Positions 1 to 8,561 of a stretch of DNA of 21,784 nt are shown here, piece by piece. Source of the DNA: Candidatus Zixiibacteriota bacterium (GTDB taxonomy: Bacteria > Zixibacteria > MSB-5A5 > CAIYYT01). The stretch spans positions 1 to 21,784 of the forward strand of contig JBECKX010000106.1 of assembly GCA_040235515.1 (NCBI GenBank), in the 5' to 3' direction. Within the stretch, counting starts at the first letter, position 1, and each line of letters begins with the position of its first letter. The translations under genes were made by a program, and so were the position numbers. The notes under the pieces are model-generated. The model searched no databases and was not told the origin of the DNA. It worked only from the letters and a program-made list of their open reading frames with translations.

Positions 1-15
1 ATTGTGTTTCCTCCT
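1..15 (-). promoter_or_regulatory. Strong Shine-Dalgarno site and first two bases of a probable start codon for a gene beyond the window edge
   Basis: Minus strand reads AGGAGGA-AACACA-AT at positions 15 to 1; the G of ATG would lie outside the window. Same layout as the tssC start (GAGGAAACA-ATG). Confidence 0.65.
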
Positions 16-158
16 AAGGCAACTGGTTTATTTTAGTTCAATCTTTGTTCTGTTTAGAACCTCAATCACTTTCAAACCAACTGTCGCGTCAGCCGGGTGG
101 TGGTTCGCAAAAAAGTCGTCCCGATCAGGCCTTATTTAGCCGGCCCGGCGCAGGAATC

Positions 159-1568
159 TTACTTGACCCCAACCTGCCCCGACTCATCCTCCATCGCTTC
201 AAGCTTCACGACATACTGCTTGATAGGAGTCTTGGTGTTGAGCGCCACCTCCAGGATCATCTGCTGATTTTCGATCATCTCGTTGGTAGCGATCACGTTA
301 CAGGTGAAGCCGTTGATGACGCGGTTCCGCTGCATCAGGCTGAGGAACTTGTTGAGATCGTTGTCGATCGCCTTCTTGAGCTTCTCGTCGAAGCCCTTGT
401 AAACCTGCTGGTTCAGATAGTTGCGCATCACCTTATATATATAGTCATAGGTGCGCTTGATCGTATAGTTGCGGAACTTCGGATCCTTCGCCAGCGTGTC
501 GGCGCCCATCGCGACAACATCCCCGACATCACCCTGCCAGTTGAGAACGCAGTTAACACCCTTCTCATTCATCTTGGTGTTCTTCTTCTCATTCAACTTG
601 ATCGCCGTCGACTGGACTCCGGCGAGCTTGCCGTTCGCCTTACCGGCTGTCGGCGCCTGGATACCTACCTCGTTGTCGTTCTTGTAGATCGCTCCGGCTA
701 CGAGGGAGGATGGCGGCAGCCACAACGGCTTGTCATCGAAGCGGCTCTCCGGCTTGTCAGCCTTGACGTAGTTGCCGAATACCGAGATGTAGGCCTTGTA
801 CTCGTCGTTACCGCGCATGTCGTCGTACGACGGGTCGTCCAGCTCCTCGTTCATCTCTTCGTAACTGTCAAAGTGTTTGAAATCGGTCAGCACATGCAGT
901 TTGTTCGGCAGGCCCATGTCGCGCGCGACCGTGTCGATATCCTTGACGCTGCCGAGATAACCGGGAATGCAGCAGAGCGAGTAGCAGTTGCGGATATCGT
1001 AGAGACCGTAGATATCGTGAATCTGCTGATTGATCGCTTCAAACTTCTCCTTGTCATTCGGATCGGTCAGATCGGAAATACCGACATTGCCAAAATAGGC
1101 ATAAACCTCTGAATCGGGAGTCGCCTTGGCGTTCTGGAAGAACAGGTCGACGCCACGATATGCGGTTTCCAGCGGGCGGATAGCCTCATGGATCGCCGCC
1201 ATGTTGCTCGAGAGGTTCTTGTCCGCCTCCTTGATCATGTTGTCGAGCTTGTCCGCGAACTCATCCGAGGTGACATCGTTGCTGCTGATCAGATCGGCCC
1301 ACAACTGCAGGCGTTGCTTCAGCTGCTCGCGACGATCCTTGAATTCGTCCGATGTCAGAAACTTATTGTACGACTCATGCTTGGGATCAAGGAACTTGAC
1401 ACCCTCCATGTGCAGGCCGTCCTGGCTCTTGAAATGGGAGAGGTGATCCTTGATCAACTCATATTTGACAAAACCCTCACCGAGGATATCCTTTAGGTCG
1501 GCTTTTTCTTTAACCTCGGCCTCGGCTGTCGGCTTTTGTTCTTGTAGATCTTTTTCTTCGTCAGCCAT
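159..1568 (-). CDS. tssC: Type VI secretion contractile sheath large subunit, Bacteroidota-type (DUF5458-like)
   Basis: 469 aa. Segments LQLWADLIS, LETAYRGVDLFFQN, YSLCCIPGYLGS, LTDFKHFD, LPPSSLVAG and RTYDYIYKVMRNYLN resemble Bacteroidota TssC as I recall it. GAGG RBS; directly downstream of a tssB-like gene. Confidence 0.85.
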   Translation of the reverse strand: MADEEKDLQEQKPTAEAEVKEKADLKDILGEGFVKYELIKDHLSHFKSQDGLHMEGVKFLDPKHESYNKFLTSDEFKDRREQLKQRLQLWADLISSNDVTSDEFADKLDNMIKEADKNLSSNMAAIHEAIRPLETAYRGVDLFFQNAKATPDSEVYAYFGNVGISDLTDPNDKEKFEAINQQIHDIYGLYDIRNCYSLCCIPGYLGSVKDIDTVARDMGLPNKLHVLTDFKHFDSYEEMNEELDDPSYDDMRGNDEYKAYISVFGNYVKADKPESRFDDKPLWLPPSSLVAGAIYKNDNEVGIQAPTAGKANGKLAGVQSTAIKLNEKKNTKMNEKGVNCVLNWQGDVGDVVAMGADTLAKDPKFRNYTIKRTYDYIYKVMRNYLNQQVYKGFDEKLKKAIDNDLNKFLSLMQRNRVINGFTCNVIATNEMIENQQMILEVALNTKTPIKQYVVKLEAMEDESGQVGVK

Positions 1569-1586
1569 TGTTTCCTCGCTGTAAGG

Positions 1587-2039
1587 TTAAAGTTGATCGA
1601 TGTAAGCTTTCACGACCTGCAGGAATTCCTGCTTCTTGCCTTCATCCGAAAGCATCTTCTTCAGCTTCGAATTCGGCTTCTCCAGCAGGTTCTGCAGATT
1701 GCGCAGTATCTCTACCTCGTTGTACTTCTCGCGCAGGTAGTCAATCTTGTTGATGATTTCGAGCGAGCCGAAGTCTTTCATCGAATTGAACTCGAGATCG
1801 ACCGTTTCCTCGGAACCATCCTGCTTGTTGACTGTCACCTCCTGCGACGGGCGATAGTGCGCGAATACCTCTTTGAGGCTCTTGCACTTGGTCAACTCAG
1901 GCTCCTGCTCCTCCTGCGAGTTGAGCTTGGTGAGATACACCATCTTGTTTGACGGCAGCAGATCCAATGGGACAGAATCACTTTTGTCCTTGTATTCGGT
2001 TGTGCCGATATGAGGTGCGGCAATTTTATAATCCGCCAT
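1587..2039 (-). CDS. tssB: Type VI secretion contractile sheath small subunit, Bacteroidota-type
   Basis: 150 aa. LKEVFAHYRPSQEV...DGSEETVDLEFNSMKDFG followed by a helical C-terminus matches the T6SS-iii TssB pattern. GGAGGT RBS; 18 nt from tssC. Confidence 0.8.
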   Translation of the reverse strand: MADYKIAAPHIGTTEYKDKSDSVPLDLLPSNKMVYLTKLNSQEEQEPELTKCKSLKEVFAHYRPSQEVTVNKQDGSEETVDLEFNSMKDFGSLEIINKIDYLREKYNEVEILRNLQNLLEKPNSKLKKMLSDEGKKQEFLQVVKAYIDQL

Positions 2040-2124
2040 GGGACCTCCACTGTGGGTTATTAAAGTGTGTTAATTGCGTTCTATCTGTAATTCGGTCTGA
2101 CATACATACAACGGTCTGTCGCAC

Positions 2125-2145
2125 GCCGGACTAACGCGGTCCGGC
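2125..2145. other. Intercistronic stem-loop between the Clp ATPase C-half gene and tssB
   Basis: Perfect 7-bp stem GCCGGAC/GTCCGGC with a 7-nt loop; no U-tract on the minus (coding) strand. Confidence 0.5.
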
Positions 2146-2181
2146 AATTTCACGTCGTACTCTTCACTCCACCAACTGAAC

Positions 2182-3264
2182 TTACAGCTTCACCAACTCA
2201 AACGTGTCATTGGCGAAGCGTACCTCTACTTCCGATCCCTCGGGAAAACGTCCGTCGATGATTCCAATCGAAAGCGGGTTGAGAACCTCTTTCTCAAGGA
2301 CCCTCTGCAACGGACGCGCACCCATCTCAAAGTTATACCCGCGCTTGGCGATTTCGTCGCGCGCATCCGGGCTCACCTTGATGGTCATCTTCTGTTCCTT
2401 GAGAATCTTATTGATCACATTCAATTGGATATTCACGATTGTGTTGATTCCCACCTCGGTCAGCGGGCGGAAGATAATCCACTCAAGGCGGTTGAGAAAC
2501 TCCGGTCGGAATTTTGCCTTGAGAATGTTCATCATTTCGTCGCGATCCACCGGCTTCTCCTCGCGGTAGCACTCAAGGATATATTGCGACCCGAAGTTTG
2601 AAGTCAGGATCACGATCGTGTTGGTGAAATCGATGGTGTTGCCCTGACCATCGGTGAGGCGGCCGTCGTCCAAAAGCTGAAGCATGATGTTAAACACATC
2701 GGGGTCAGCCTTCTCGACTTCGTCAAACAGCACGACCGAGTAAGGGTTTCTCCGGACGCTCTCGGTCAGGAGTCCGCCGGCGTCATAGCCCACGTAACCG
2801 GGGGGCGCGCCGATCAATTTCGCCACGGAGTGTTTCTCCATGAACTCCGACATGTCAAAGCGCACCATGTTCTTCTCGTCATTGAAAAGAAACTCCGCCA
2901 GGGTCTTGGCGAGCTCTGTCTTTCCGGTGCCGGTCGATCCGAGGAACAGAAATGATCCGATCGGTCGATTGTGTCGCTTCAGCCCGGAGCGGGAACGGCG
3001 CACCGCTTCAGAGATCGTCTTAATCGCCTCCTCCTGGTCCACCACTCGCTTGCCGAGATGATCCTCGAGCTTAAGCAGCTTCTCGCGTTCATCCTGAAGC
3101 ATCCGGTTGACGGGGATCTTCGTCCAGCGCGAGATCACGTAGGCGACATCCTCCGGACCCAGCTTCTGATCCTCAGCCATCACGAACTTCTCGAGGCTCG
3201 ACAGCTTCTCCAGGTTCTCCTTGAACTGCTGGATTTCGTTCTGTTCAGTGCGTTCAGTTTCCAT
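2182..3264 (-). CDS. ClpB/ClpV-family AAA+ ATPase, C-terminal half (NBD2 plus small C-terminal domain)
   Basis: VISRWTKIPV linker, Walker A GSTGTGKT, pore loop GAPPGYVGY, Walker B LFDEVEKA, FRPEFLNRL and GARPL. Own AGGAG RBS at 3278-3274 before ATG at 3264 (TTG at 3267 is an alternative start). Confidence 0.9.
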   Translation of the reverse strand: METERTEQNEIQQFKENLEKLSSLEKFVMAEDQKLGPEDVAYVISRWTKIPVNRMLQDEREKLLKLEDHLGKRVVDQEEAIKTISEAVRRSRSGLKRHNRPIGSFLFLGSTGTGKTELAKTLAEFLFNDEKNMVRFDMSEFMEKHSVAKLIGAPPGYVGYDAGGLLTESVRRNPYSVVLFDEVEKADPDVFNIMLQLLDDGRLTDGQGNTIDFTNTIVILTSNFGSQYILECYREEKPVDRDEMMNILKAKFRPEFLNRLEWIIFRPLTEVGINTIVNIQLNVINKILKEQKMTIKVSPDARDEIAKRGYNFEMGARPLQRVLEKEVLNPLSIGIIDGRFPEGSEVEVRFANDTFELVKL

Positions 3265-3278
3265 CAATCATCACTCCT

Positions 3279-4700
3279 CTAAACCCTGCCCGTCCAGAGC
3301 GAGAAGAGTTCATCAAATTTCTCGTTGAATGCGGCAATCTTACCTCTGACTTCACCATCCAGCCCTTCTTCGTTTTCGCTGTCGAAGGCACCGCCCAGGG
3401 TCTTCTTGATCTCCTCGGCTTCTTGCTTCAAAGGCCCGAGACCATTCTTCGCCCTCGTGCAATTCAGGCGAAATGACGCAGAGGCTTCATCGAGCAGGTC
3501 GATAGCTTTGTCGGGAAGAAAACGGTCGCCGATGTAACGCTGCGACATCCGAATCGCTTCACTGACCACTTCATCGGGAATCGACAGCGCGTGGTGTTTG
3601 CCGTATACGTCACGAACGCCCTTCAGAATCTCGAACGCTTCATCGAAGGTGGGTTCTTCCACCATCACACGCTGGAACCGGCGGTCAAGCGCCTTGTCTT
3701 TCTCTATGTACTTGCGGTACTCTTCAAGCGTCGTCGCTCCGATCACCTTGAAAGCTCCTCTGGCCAGTGCCGGTTTGATCAGATTGGCGGCGTCCATACC
3801 GCCACTGGGGTTGCCGGCACCCACAATCGTATGAATCTCATCGATATAGAGGATCAGGTTGCCTTTACCCTTGGAGAGTCGGGAGATCAGATTGTTGAAG
3901 CGTTCTTCGAATTCACCCTTGTACTTCGCTCCCGCGACCAACTGCCCCAGGTCAAGCGCCAGGATCGTCGCGTCGTGCAACTCAGGGGTCGTCTCTTTGT
4001 TCGCGATCTGAATCGCCAGACCCTCCACGAGTGCGGATTTGCCCACTCCCGGAGGACCAACCAGAATCGGGTTGTTTTTGCGACGGCGGATCAGCACGCG
4101 AGAGATGTTGTAGATATCCTCGGTGCGTCCGAAAAACTTGTCAAAATCACCCTTGCGCGCCTTCTCGGTGAAGTCGGTGCAGTACTTGATTCCCTCTGCG
4201 CCAGCTGCCTCAGACTCCCCCTCCGTCGAAACAACACCACCGCCGGTTGTGATGGTGTCAAGCGCGGTGATATCGGCGAGGGCATCGATGATCTTGCCTT
4301 CGTCGAAGTCCATCCGGCGTTTGATCTGCTCACTCAGCGGCGAATCTGGCCCGACGAAAACCATCAGGATATGCTGCGGGCCCACCTCGGCGTCGGAATA
4401 CTTATCTTTGATCTTGGTCGCCCCTACCAGCAAAGACTGCAGTGCGGGTGACGCGACTGGTTTTACTTCATCTGCCGCTGATTTGCCCAATTTCGACAAT
4501 TCATCGGCAACGAGGTTTTCGAAGTACTGCGGTTTCTTGCCAAGCTGCTTGAGCAAACCGCCCAGGGAATTCGATTCGTCACGAAGTAGTGCCAGGAAGA
4601 GATGCTGAGGACGAATTTCCGCGTGAAAATAGCTTTTTGCCAGCTCCTGCGCCCGCCTGATAGCGTTCTGCAGGTCCGACGAGAGGGAACCTAAATCCAT
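3279..4700 (-). CDS. ClpB/ClpV-family AAA+ ATPase, N-terminal half (Clp-N repeats plus NBD1); TssH-like by context
   Basis: Two Clp-N repeats ([21 protein letters not shown]), [18 protein letters not shown]alker [19 protein letters not shown] Walker [10 protein letters not shown] and [12 protein letters not shown]. Confidence 0.9.
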   Translation of the reverse strand: MDLGSLSSDLQNAIRRAQELAKSYFHAEIRPQHLFLALLRDESNSLGGLLKQLGKKPQYFENLVADELSKLGKSAADEVKPVASPALQSLLVGATKIKDKYSDAEVGPQHILMVFVGPDSPLSEQIKRRMDFDEGKIIDALADITALDTITTGGGVVSTEGESEAAGAEGIKYCTDFTEKARKGDFDKFFGRTEDIYNISRVLIRRRKNNPILVGPPGVGKSALVEGLAIQIANKETTPELHDATILALDLGQLVAGAKYKGEFEERFNNLISRLSKGKGNLILYIDEIHTIVGAGNPSGGMDAANLIKPALARGAFKVIGATTLEEYRKYIEKDKALDRRFQRVMVEEPTFDEAFEILKGVRDVYGKHHALSIPDEVVSEAIRMSQRYIGDRFLPDKAIDLLDEASASFRLNCTRAKNGLGPLKQEAEEIKKTLGGAFDSENEEGLDGEVRGKIAAFNEKFDELFSLWTGRV

Positions 4701-4758
4701 GCTTTTCTTTCGTGGTTATGGTTGTGTGTCAACGCTTGCGCTCGCGTTTAGAACAATA

Positions 4759-4787
4759 AATTTACCCAGCCCCCCAACAACTGTCAA
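4759..4787 (-). promoter_or_regulatory. Sigma70-type promoter for the clp-clp-tssB-tssC operon
   Basis: Minus strand TTGACA (4787-4782), 17-nt spacer, TAAATT (4764-4759), about 60 nt upstream of the ATG at 4700 in an AT-rich intergenic region. Confidence 0.65.
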
Positions 4788-5018
4788 GGTCATTATCTAC
4801 CCATATTACTCAGGACGAAATAGTTAGACTCAATTTATAAGACGGAGCTTTCGCCAACTTCTAAAGCGAATTTATGGCTCAAGATAGTCCAATTTGCTGT
4901 TTCATTTTTGCGACCGTCTATATGCAGAATTACAAACCGTTTTACAAGCGAGCAGATCACGTTGAACCAGGATCGAAATGCTCTCCGATATCGCTGTCAC
5001 AACACCACTCTCTCCGGA

Positions 5019-6053
5019 TTAGCGGCCGAACAATTTGTCGATAAACCCCCGTTTCCGCGTACGATTGCTCTGGAATGCTCCGACACGCAGGAAGTCCGCG
5101 ATAGCGTCCTCCGGCCGGTCATAGGAGCTTCCGAGAAAGTAATCCTGAAGTCGACTCTCAATATCTACTATCGTTGCCGGACGATTCCCCGGCTCGTGTT
5201 CCATCATCGTTTCCGCCAGCTTCCCGAGTTGCTTGAGCAACCATTTTATCATACTGTCGCGGTAGACCGGGTAGAGTTCGGAGTACTTCAGACGGCTATC
5301 CTCGCGAACATTTTGTCGCACTTCATAGGCGTTGTGTCCGGTGAATGGAATGCGGCCGGTCAGCATTTCGAAGCAGATAAGCCCGAGCGCGTAGATATCG
5401 GAACGGCGGTCGGCAAAGCCTGCTTTGAGCAGTTGTTCCGGAGAGGCGTAAACACTGGTTGAGTAAGGCAACTCGATCTGCTGTCTGTCAGCAAAATCGC
5501 TCAGCGCCCGCATATCGATGTCGGTGAGATAAACGCGTCCAGTCGCCGTAATCAGGACATTCTCAGGCTTCAGGCTGCGGTGCAACGGAATCAGGTTCCC
5601 GAGTCCCGGCGATGGTCTCAGGCCATGGATCTCGTTTAGCCCGGTAGCTATCTGCGCGGTGATCAACGCCGCCAGATCGGGATGAAGCGGCGCGTGATTG
5701 GCGATAATGCTCCTGAGGCTGGATGCTTCAACGAACTCGAATTCATAATAGAGGATCGATGAATGCATCCCGGTACGCTCGAAGTGCAGAATGTGGCTGC
5801 CCCGCATCTCAGCCAATACTCGTCCCTGCCGATGGAATTGCTCACCGAACTCCGGGTTCTCGCAGAGGCGGCGGCGCATCACCTTGAGCCGCACAGGCGA
5901 GTTGGTGTCGGTCCTGACCGCACGATAGCTGAATCCAACCGCCCCTTCCCCGATGATATCTTTGTTCAGCTTGTAGCTCTGGAACTGCTCCGGCAAGTTC
6001 GGCGCGTCCTGCGCCTCAAACCGGGCATACAGCTCGTCCATCTCGTTTGTCAT
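5019..6053 (-). CDS. Hanks-type Ser/Thr kinase-fold protein with degenerate catalytic motifs (probable pseudokinase)
   Basis: IGEGAVG glycine loop, VRLK, HRSLKPENVLI, YASPEQ and DRRSDIYALG...EMLTGRIPF. Start set at ATG 6053 because the 6260 extension overlaps the upstream gene and is not kinase-like. Confidence 0.85.
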   Translation of the reverse strand: MTNEMDELYARFEAQDAPNLPEQFQSYKLNKDIIGEGAVGFSYRAVRTDTNSPVRLKVMRRRLCENPEFGEQFHRQGRVLAEMRGSHILHFERTGMHSSILYYEFEFVEASSLRSIIANHAPLHPDLAALITAQIATGLNEIHGLRPSPGLGNLIPLHRSLKPENVLITATGRVYLTDIDMRALSDFADRQQIELPYSTSVYASPEQLLKAGFADRRSDIYALGLICFEMLTGRIPFTGHNAYEVRQNVREDSRLKYSELYPVYRDSMIKWLLKQLGKLAETMMEHEPGNRPATIVDIESRLQDYFLGSSYDRPEDAIADFLRVGAFQSNRTRKRGFIDKLFGR

Positions 6054-6062
6054 AGGTCGCCT

Positions 6063-6068
6063 ATTATA
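6063..6068 (-). promoter_or_regulatory. Possible -10 element for a near-leaderless kinase transcript
   Basis: Perfect TATAAT 9 nt upstream of ATG 6053; no good SD or -35 visible. Confidence 0.35.
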
Positions 6069-6180
6069 AAGGCTGCTAGGCCGATATCCTAATGGAATTG
6101 AAGAGCTTTCGGCTTTGTACCCTGTCCGGGCAGCAGCACCACCTTTCCAATACAACCTATCCCCGCTCCCTCGAGTCCGG

Positions 6181-7068
6181 CTAATCCAAACCCCGCCAGA
6201 ATTCCCGGGCATACTCTGCGAACCGGCCGGCCAACTCCGCACTCCCGCCCAGATCGACAAATATCGGGCAATGCCCCTGGTTCGGGATCACCCACAATCG
6301 GGCGTCTGCGAGTCTTTCCTGCAACCGTGATACGACGCTCGGCGGGAAGTAAGGATCGCTGTCTCCGCATACCAGAAGTGCAGGTGCGGATATGAGCGAG
6401 AGGTGCTCTGGGGTGAACTCAGACCACTCCTCGCTGTCAGGGAGTTTGTTCAGTTGTGCAAAGAGCTTCTTGATCTGCTCGTCACCACCCGGGTGAATGG
6501 CCCTGTAGAACTCAAGCAGCCCCGCGTCGAGTTGCTCGAATCGATCGTTACGCAACAGATGGCTCCCCTCGGCGGAGGCTTCGTGTGCAGCACCGACCAG
6601 GATCAGCGATCGCAGACGGGTCGAGTCGAGCACGGCCAGGTCGAGCAAAGTTATCCCTCCCGCGCTGTGACCGATAGCATCATACTCACGCACCCCCAAT
6701 TCATCCAGCAGGGTCATGATCAACTGAGCTGATCCGCGAAAACTGAAATCGCCCCGCTGCGGATCGGAGCTGCCATGACCCGGTAGGTCAACCGCGATCA
6801 CTGTGTGGTCCCTGCCAAACTCCGTGATAAACGGTTCCCACGATTGGCCGGAGAGGGTGAAACCGTGCAGCAGAAGTAAGTATGGCCCCTCGCCGGCGAC
6901 ACGGTAATGCAGCTTCAAGCCGCTTACGATGGAGCTTTGTTCCCGCAAAATCTGATCACCCTTGGCGTGAAGCTGTTCTCCTGCGCTAAGCACAACTGCA
7001 AGACTCGATATCAGGCACGATAAGAATGTGAAGAAGATCTGTGGGTATGACGGTTCGATACTACTCAT
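6181..7068 (-). CDS. Alpha/beta fold hydrolase, probably exported
   Basis: LLLHGF oxyanion motif, DLPGHG, nucleophile elbow GHSAGG, acid GDSD and His in GHCP. Hydrophobic N-terminus; GAGG RBS. Confidence 0.9.
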   Translation of the reverse strand: MSSIEPSYPQIFFTFLSCLISSLAVVLSAGEQLHAKGDQILREQSSIVSGLKLHYRVAGEGPYLLLLHGFTLSGQSWEPFITEFGRDHTVIAVDLPGHGSSDPQRGDFSFRGSAQLIMTLLDELGVREYDAIGHSAGGITLLDLAVLDSTRLRSLILVGAAHEASAEGSHLLRNDRFEQLDAGLLEFYRAIHPGGDEQIKKLFAQLNKLPDSEEWSEFTPEHLSLISAPALLVCGDSDPYFPPSVVSRLQERLADARLWVIPNQGHCPIFVDLGGSAELAGRFAEYAREFWRGLD

Positions 7069-7228
7069 GGCTGCCTCTCAAATTGTCCTGTTCTGAAAAG
7101 TCGCCTATGCAGGTAAGTTTTATCGATTTTCCGGTGCCAGAGTTTCCTTTTTTTTCAACTTCAGCTTTTCCTGCGCAAGAATCTCTCCCCAACCCTTTCT
7201 TGCGCAACCAGGCGACCAAATCGAACAG

Positions 7229-7852
7229 CTAAAGCACCTCCGCTCTGCCTGTAGCACTCCGCCATTCGTAGAGCAGCCGCCGCAACCTGATGGCGCGATC
7301 CGCGCCGGGATTGAGGCGGCCTTCGGGCATAACATAGGCAAGCTCGACCGGGTAGGTGTTCTGTGCCCATTCAACGAATTCGCCCAGTTTATCGGGCGGT
7401 GGATCGCCACTCCCCGATTCGATCAGTTGACCATTGATCAGTCCGGTCGAGTCGAAGTAAATCGTCAGGCTCGCCTCCTGCGGCGCGCGCTCGATCATGC
7501 GGTAGAAATCACTATCTACCAGCGAAACGACCTTTACACTACTGTCGACCTCGGTCCAGTCCCTGAGATCAAGGCGCGCGTTGAAAACGCTATCCCACGT
7601 CGACCATGGCCCATCCAGTCGCCACGGTTCACCTTCTCCGTTGCGACTCTGATACCAGATTCGCGCATCCGCAGCCATCATTGCGCGCGCGGCATCGAAT
7701 CGCCGTTGTTCGCGCAACTCATAGAATCGCTTCGCCCTGGCAATTGGCGAATTGGATTCGCCGCACGCCAGTAGCAACAGGTTACTCAACAGCAGCAGAC
7801 AGACCGCGAGCTGATAGATTCCAGCCGGGGATATCGATTGTCGCCGTGACAC
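7229..7852 (-). CDS. Putative lipoprotein with NTF2/SnoaL-like domain
   Basis: Signal peptide ending LLLA-C; AKRFYE...FDAARAMMAADARIW is typical of a SnoaL-like N-terminus; GTG start 5 nt after the upstream stop. Confidence 0.65.
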   Translation of the reverse strand: MSRRQSISPAGIYQLAVCLLLLSNLLLLACGESNSPIARAKRFYELREQRRFDAARAMMAADARIWYQSRNGEGEPWRLDGPWSTWDSVFNARLDLRDWTEVDSSVKVVSLVDSDFYRMIERAPQEASLTIYFDSTGLINGQLIESGSGDPPPDKLGEFVEWAQNTYPVELAYVMPEGRLNPGADRAIRLRRLLYEWRSATGRAEVL

Positions 7853-7857
7853 TTCGT

Positions 7858-8559
7858 CTACTTCACGCCCAATTTCGCTTTGACACGCTCACCGCTGAGG
7901 TGCTTCACCACATCGATCGGCTGACATGAGTTATCACCATAGTCCACTTCAACCCTGCCGATCGACTTCGCGGCCTTGAGGGCGGCCGAGTGCAGTTGCT
8001 TGCTGCGACAGCCGATGTTGTACAGTGCCGTATTCATTGCATCGCGAACGAAGTTCTCCTCACCCTTGATCTCCTTTTCGATCTTTTCGACAATCGGGAG
8101 GAAGAAGTCATCGGGTGTCGTCTTGTCACTGGCGGCAAGACCACTGAGGGCCAGGTAGCCGCAGCGCCGCTCGATATGATTCTTGCTCTTCCGCCACTTC
8201 GGAGCTTTGTCGCGGATAAATGGCAGTTTTGGAAAGAGTGTGCTGACATAGACATGCGCCAGCATCCAGAACTCAAGATCGGCCAGTTGTGCATCCACCT
8301 GCTTCTCGGTAACCTCTTTCGGGTCCTCCACCAGGATCGCCATCTGTTTGGCGTCGAAGTTCGGTTCCTTCCATAACTCGGTTGCGAGTTTGTGATCCCT
8401 GCCGATCTGCTTGGCGAGTTTCTTCAGCTGCGTCAATCCTATACCGAATGAACTCCACTTACCGTTCGAGGGGTCGGACTTCTTCCAGTTCGCGATGCCG
8501 CGCTCGTTCGCGTTTTCTTTCAGCAGTTTCAATACTTCGCTCTTCGTCATAGCAGCCAT
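7858..8559 (-). CDS. DNA alkylation repair enzyme family protein (AlkD-like HEAT repeat)
   Basis: FGIGLTQLKKLAKQIGRDHKLATELW, VRDAMNTALYNIG and IGRVEVDYGDNSC. GGAG RBS before ATG 8559. Confidence 0.85.
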   Translation of the reverse strand: MAAMTKSEVLKLLKENANERGIANWKKSDPSNGKWSSFGIGLTQLKKLAKQIGRDHKLATELWKEPNFDAKQMAILVEDPKEVTEKQVDAQLADLEFWMLAHVYVSTLFPKLPFIRDKAPKWRKSKNHIERRCGYLALSGLAASDKTTPDDFFLPIVEKIEKEIKGEENFVRDAMNTALYNIGCRSKQLHSAALKAAKSIGRVEVDYGDNSCQPIDVVKHLSGERVKAKLGVK

Positions 8560-8561
8560 AA

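Noticed and set aside
45..1496. Long + strand ORFs opposite tssC (45-1112, 1126-1446, 1188-1496)
   Set aside because: Antisense shadows of a well-supported gene, with no recognisable motifs.
3265..3281. Clp gene as a frameshifted pseudogene or programmed frameshift
   Set aside because: Dedicated AGGAG RBS and ATG right after the stop, no slippery run, and all catalytic motifs intact. Sequencing error cannot be fully excluded without reads.
3591..5462. + strand ORFs opposite the Clp and kinase genes
   Set aside because: Antisense shadows arising from codon bias.
6054..6260. N-terminal extension of the kinase ORF
   Set aside because: Overlaps the hydrolase 3' end and does not look protein-like; a TATAAT sits just before ATG 6053.
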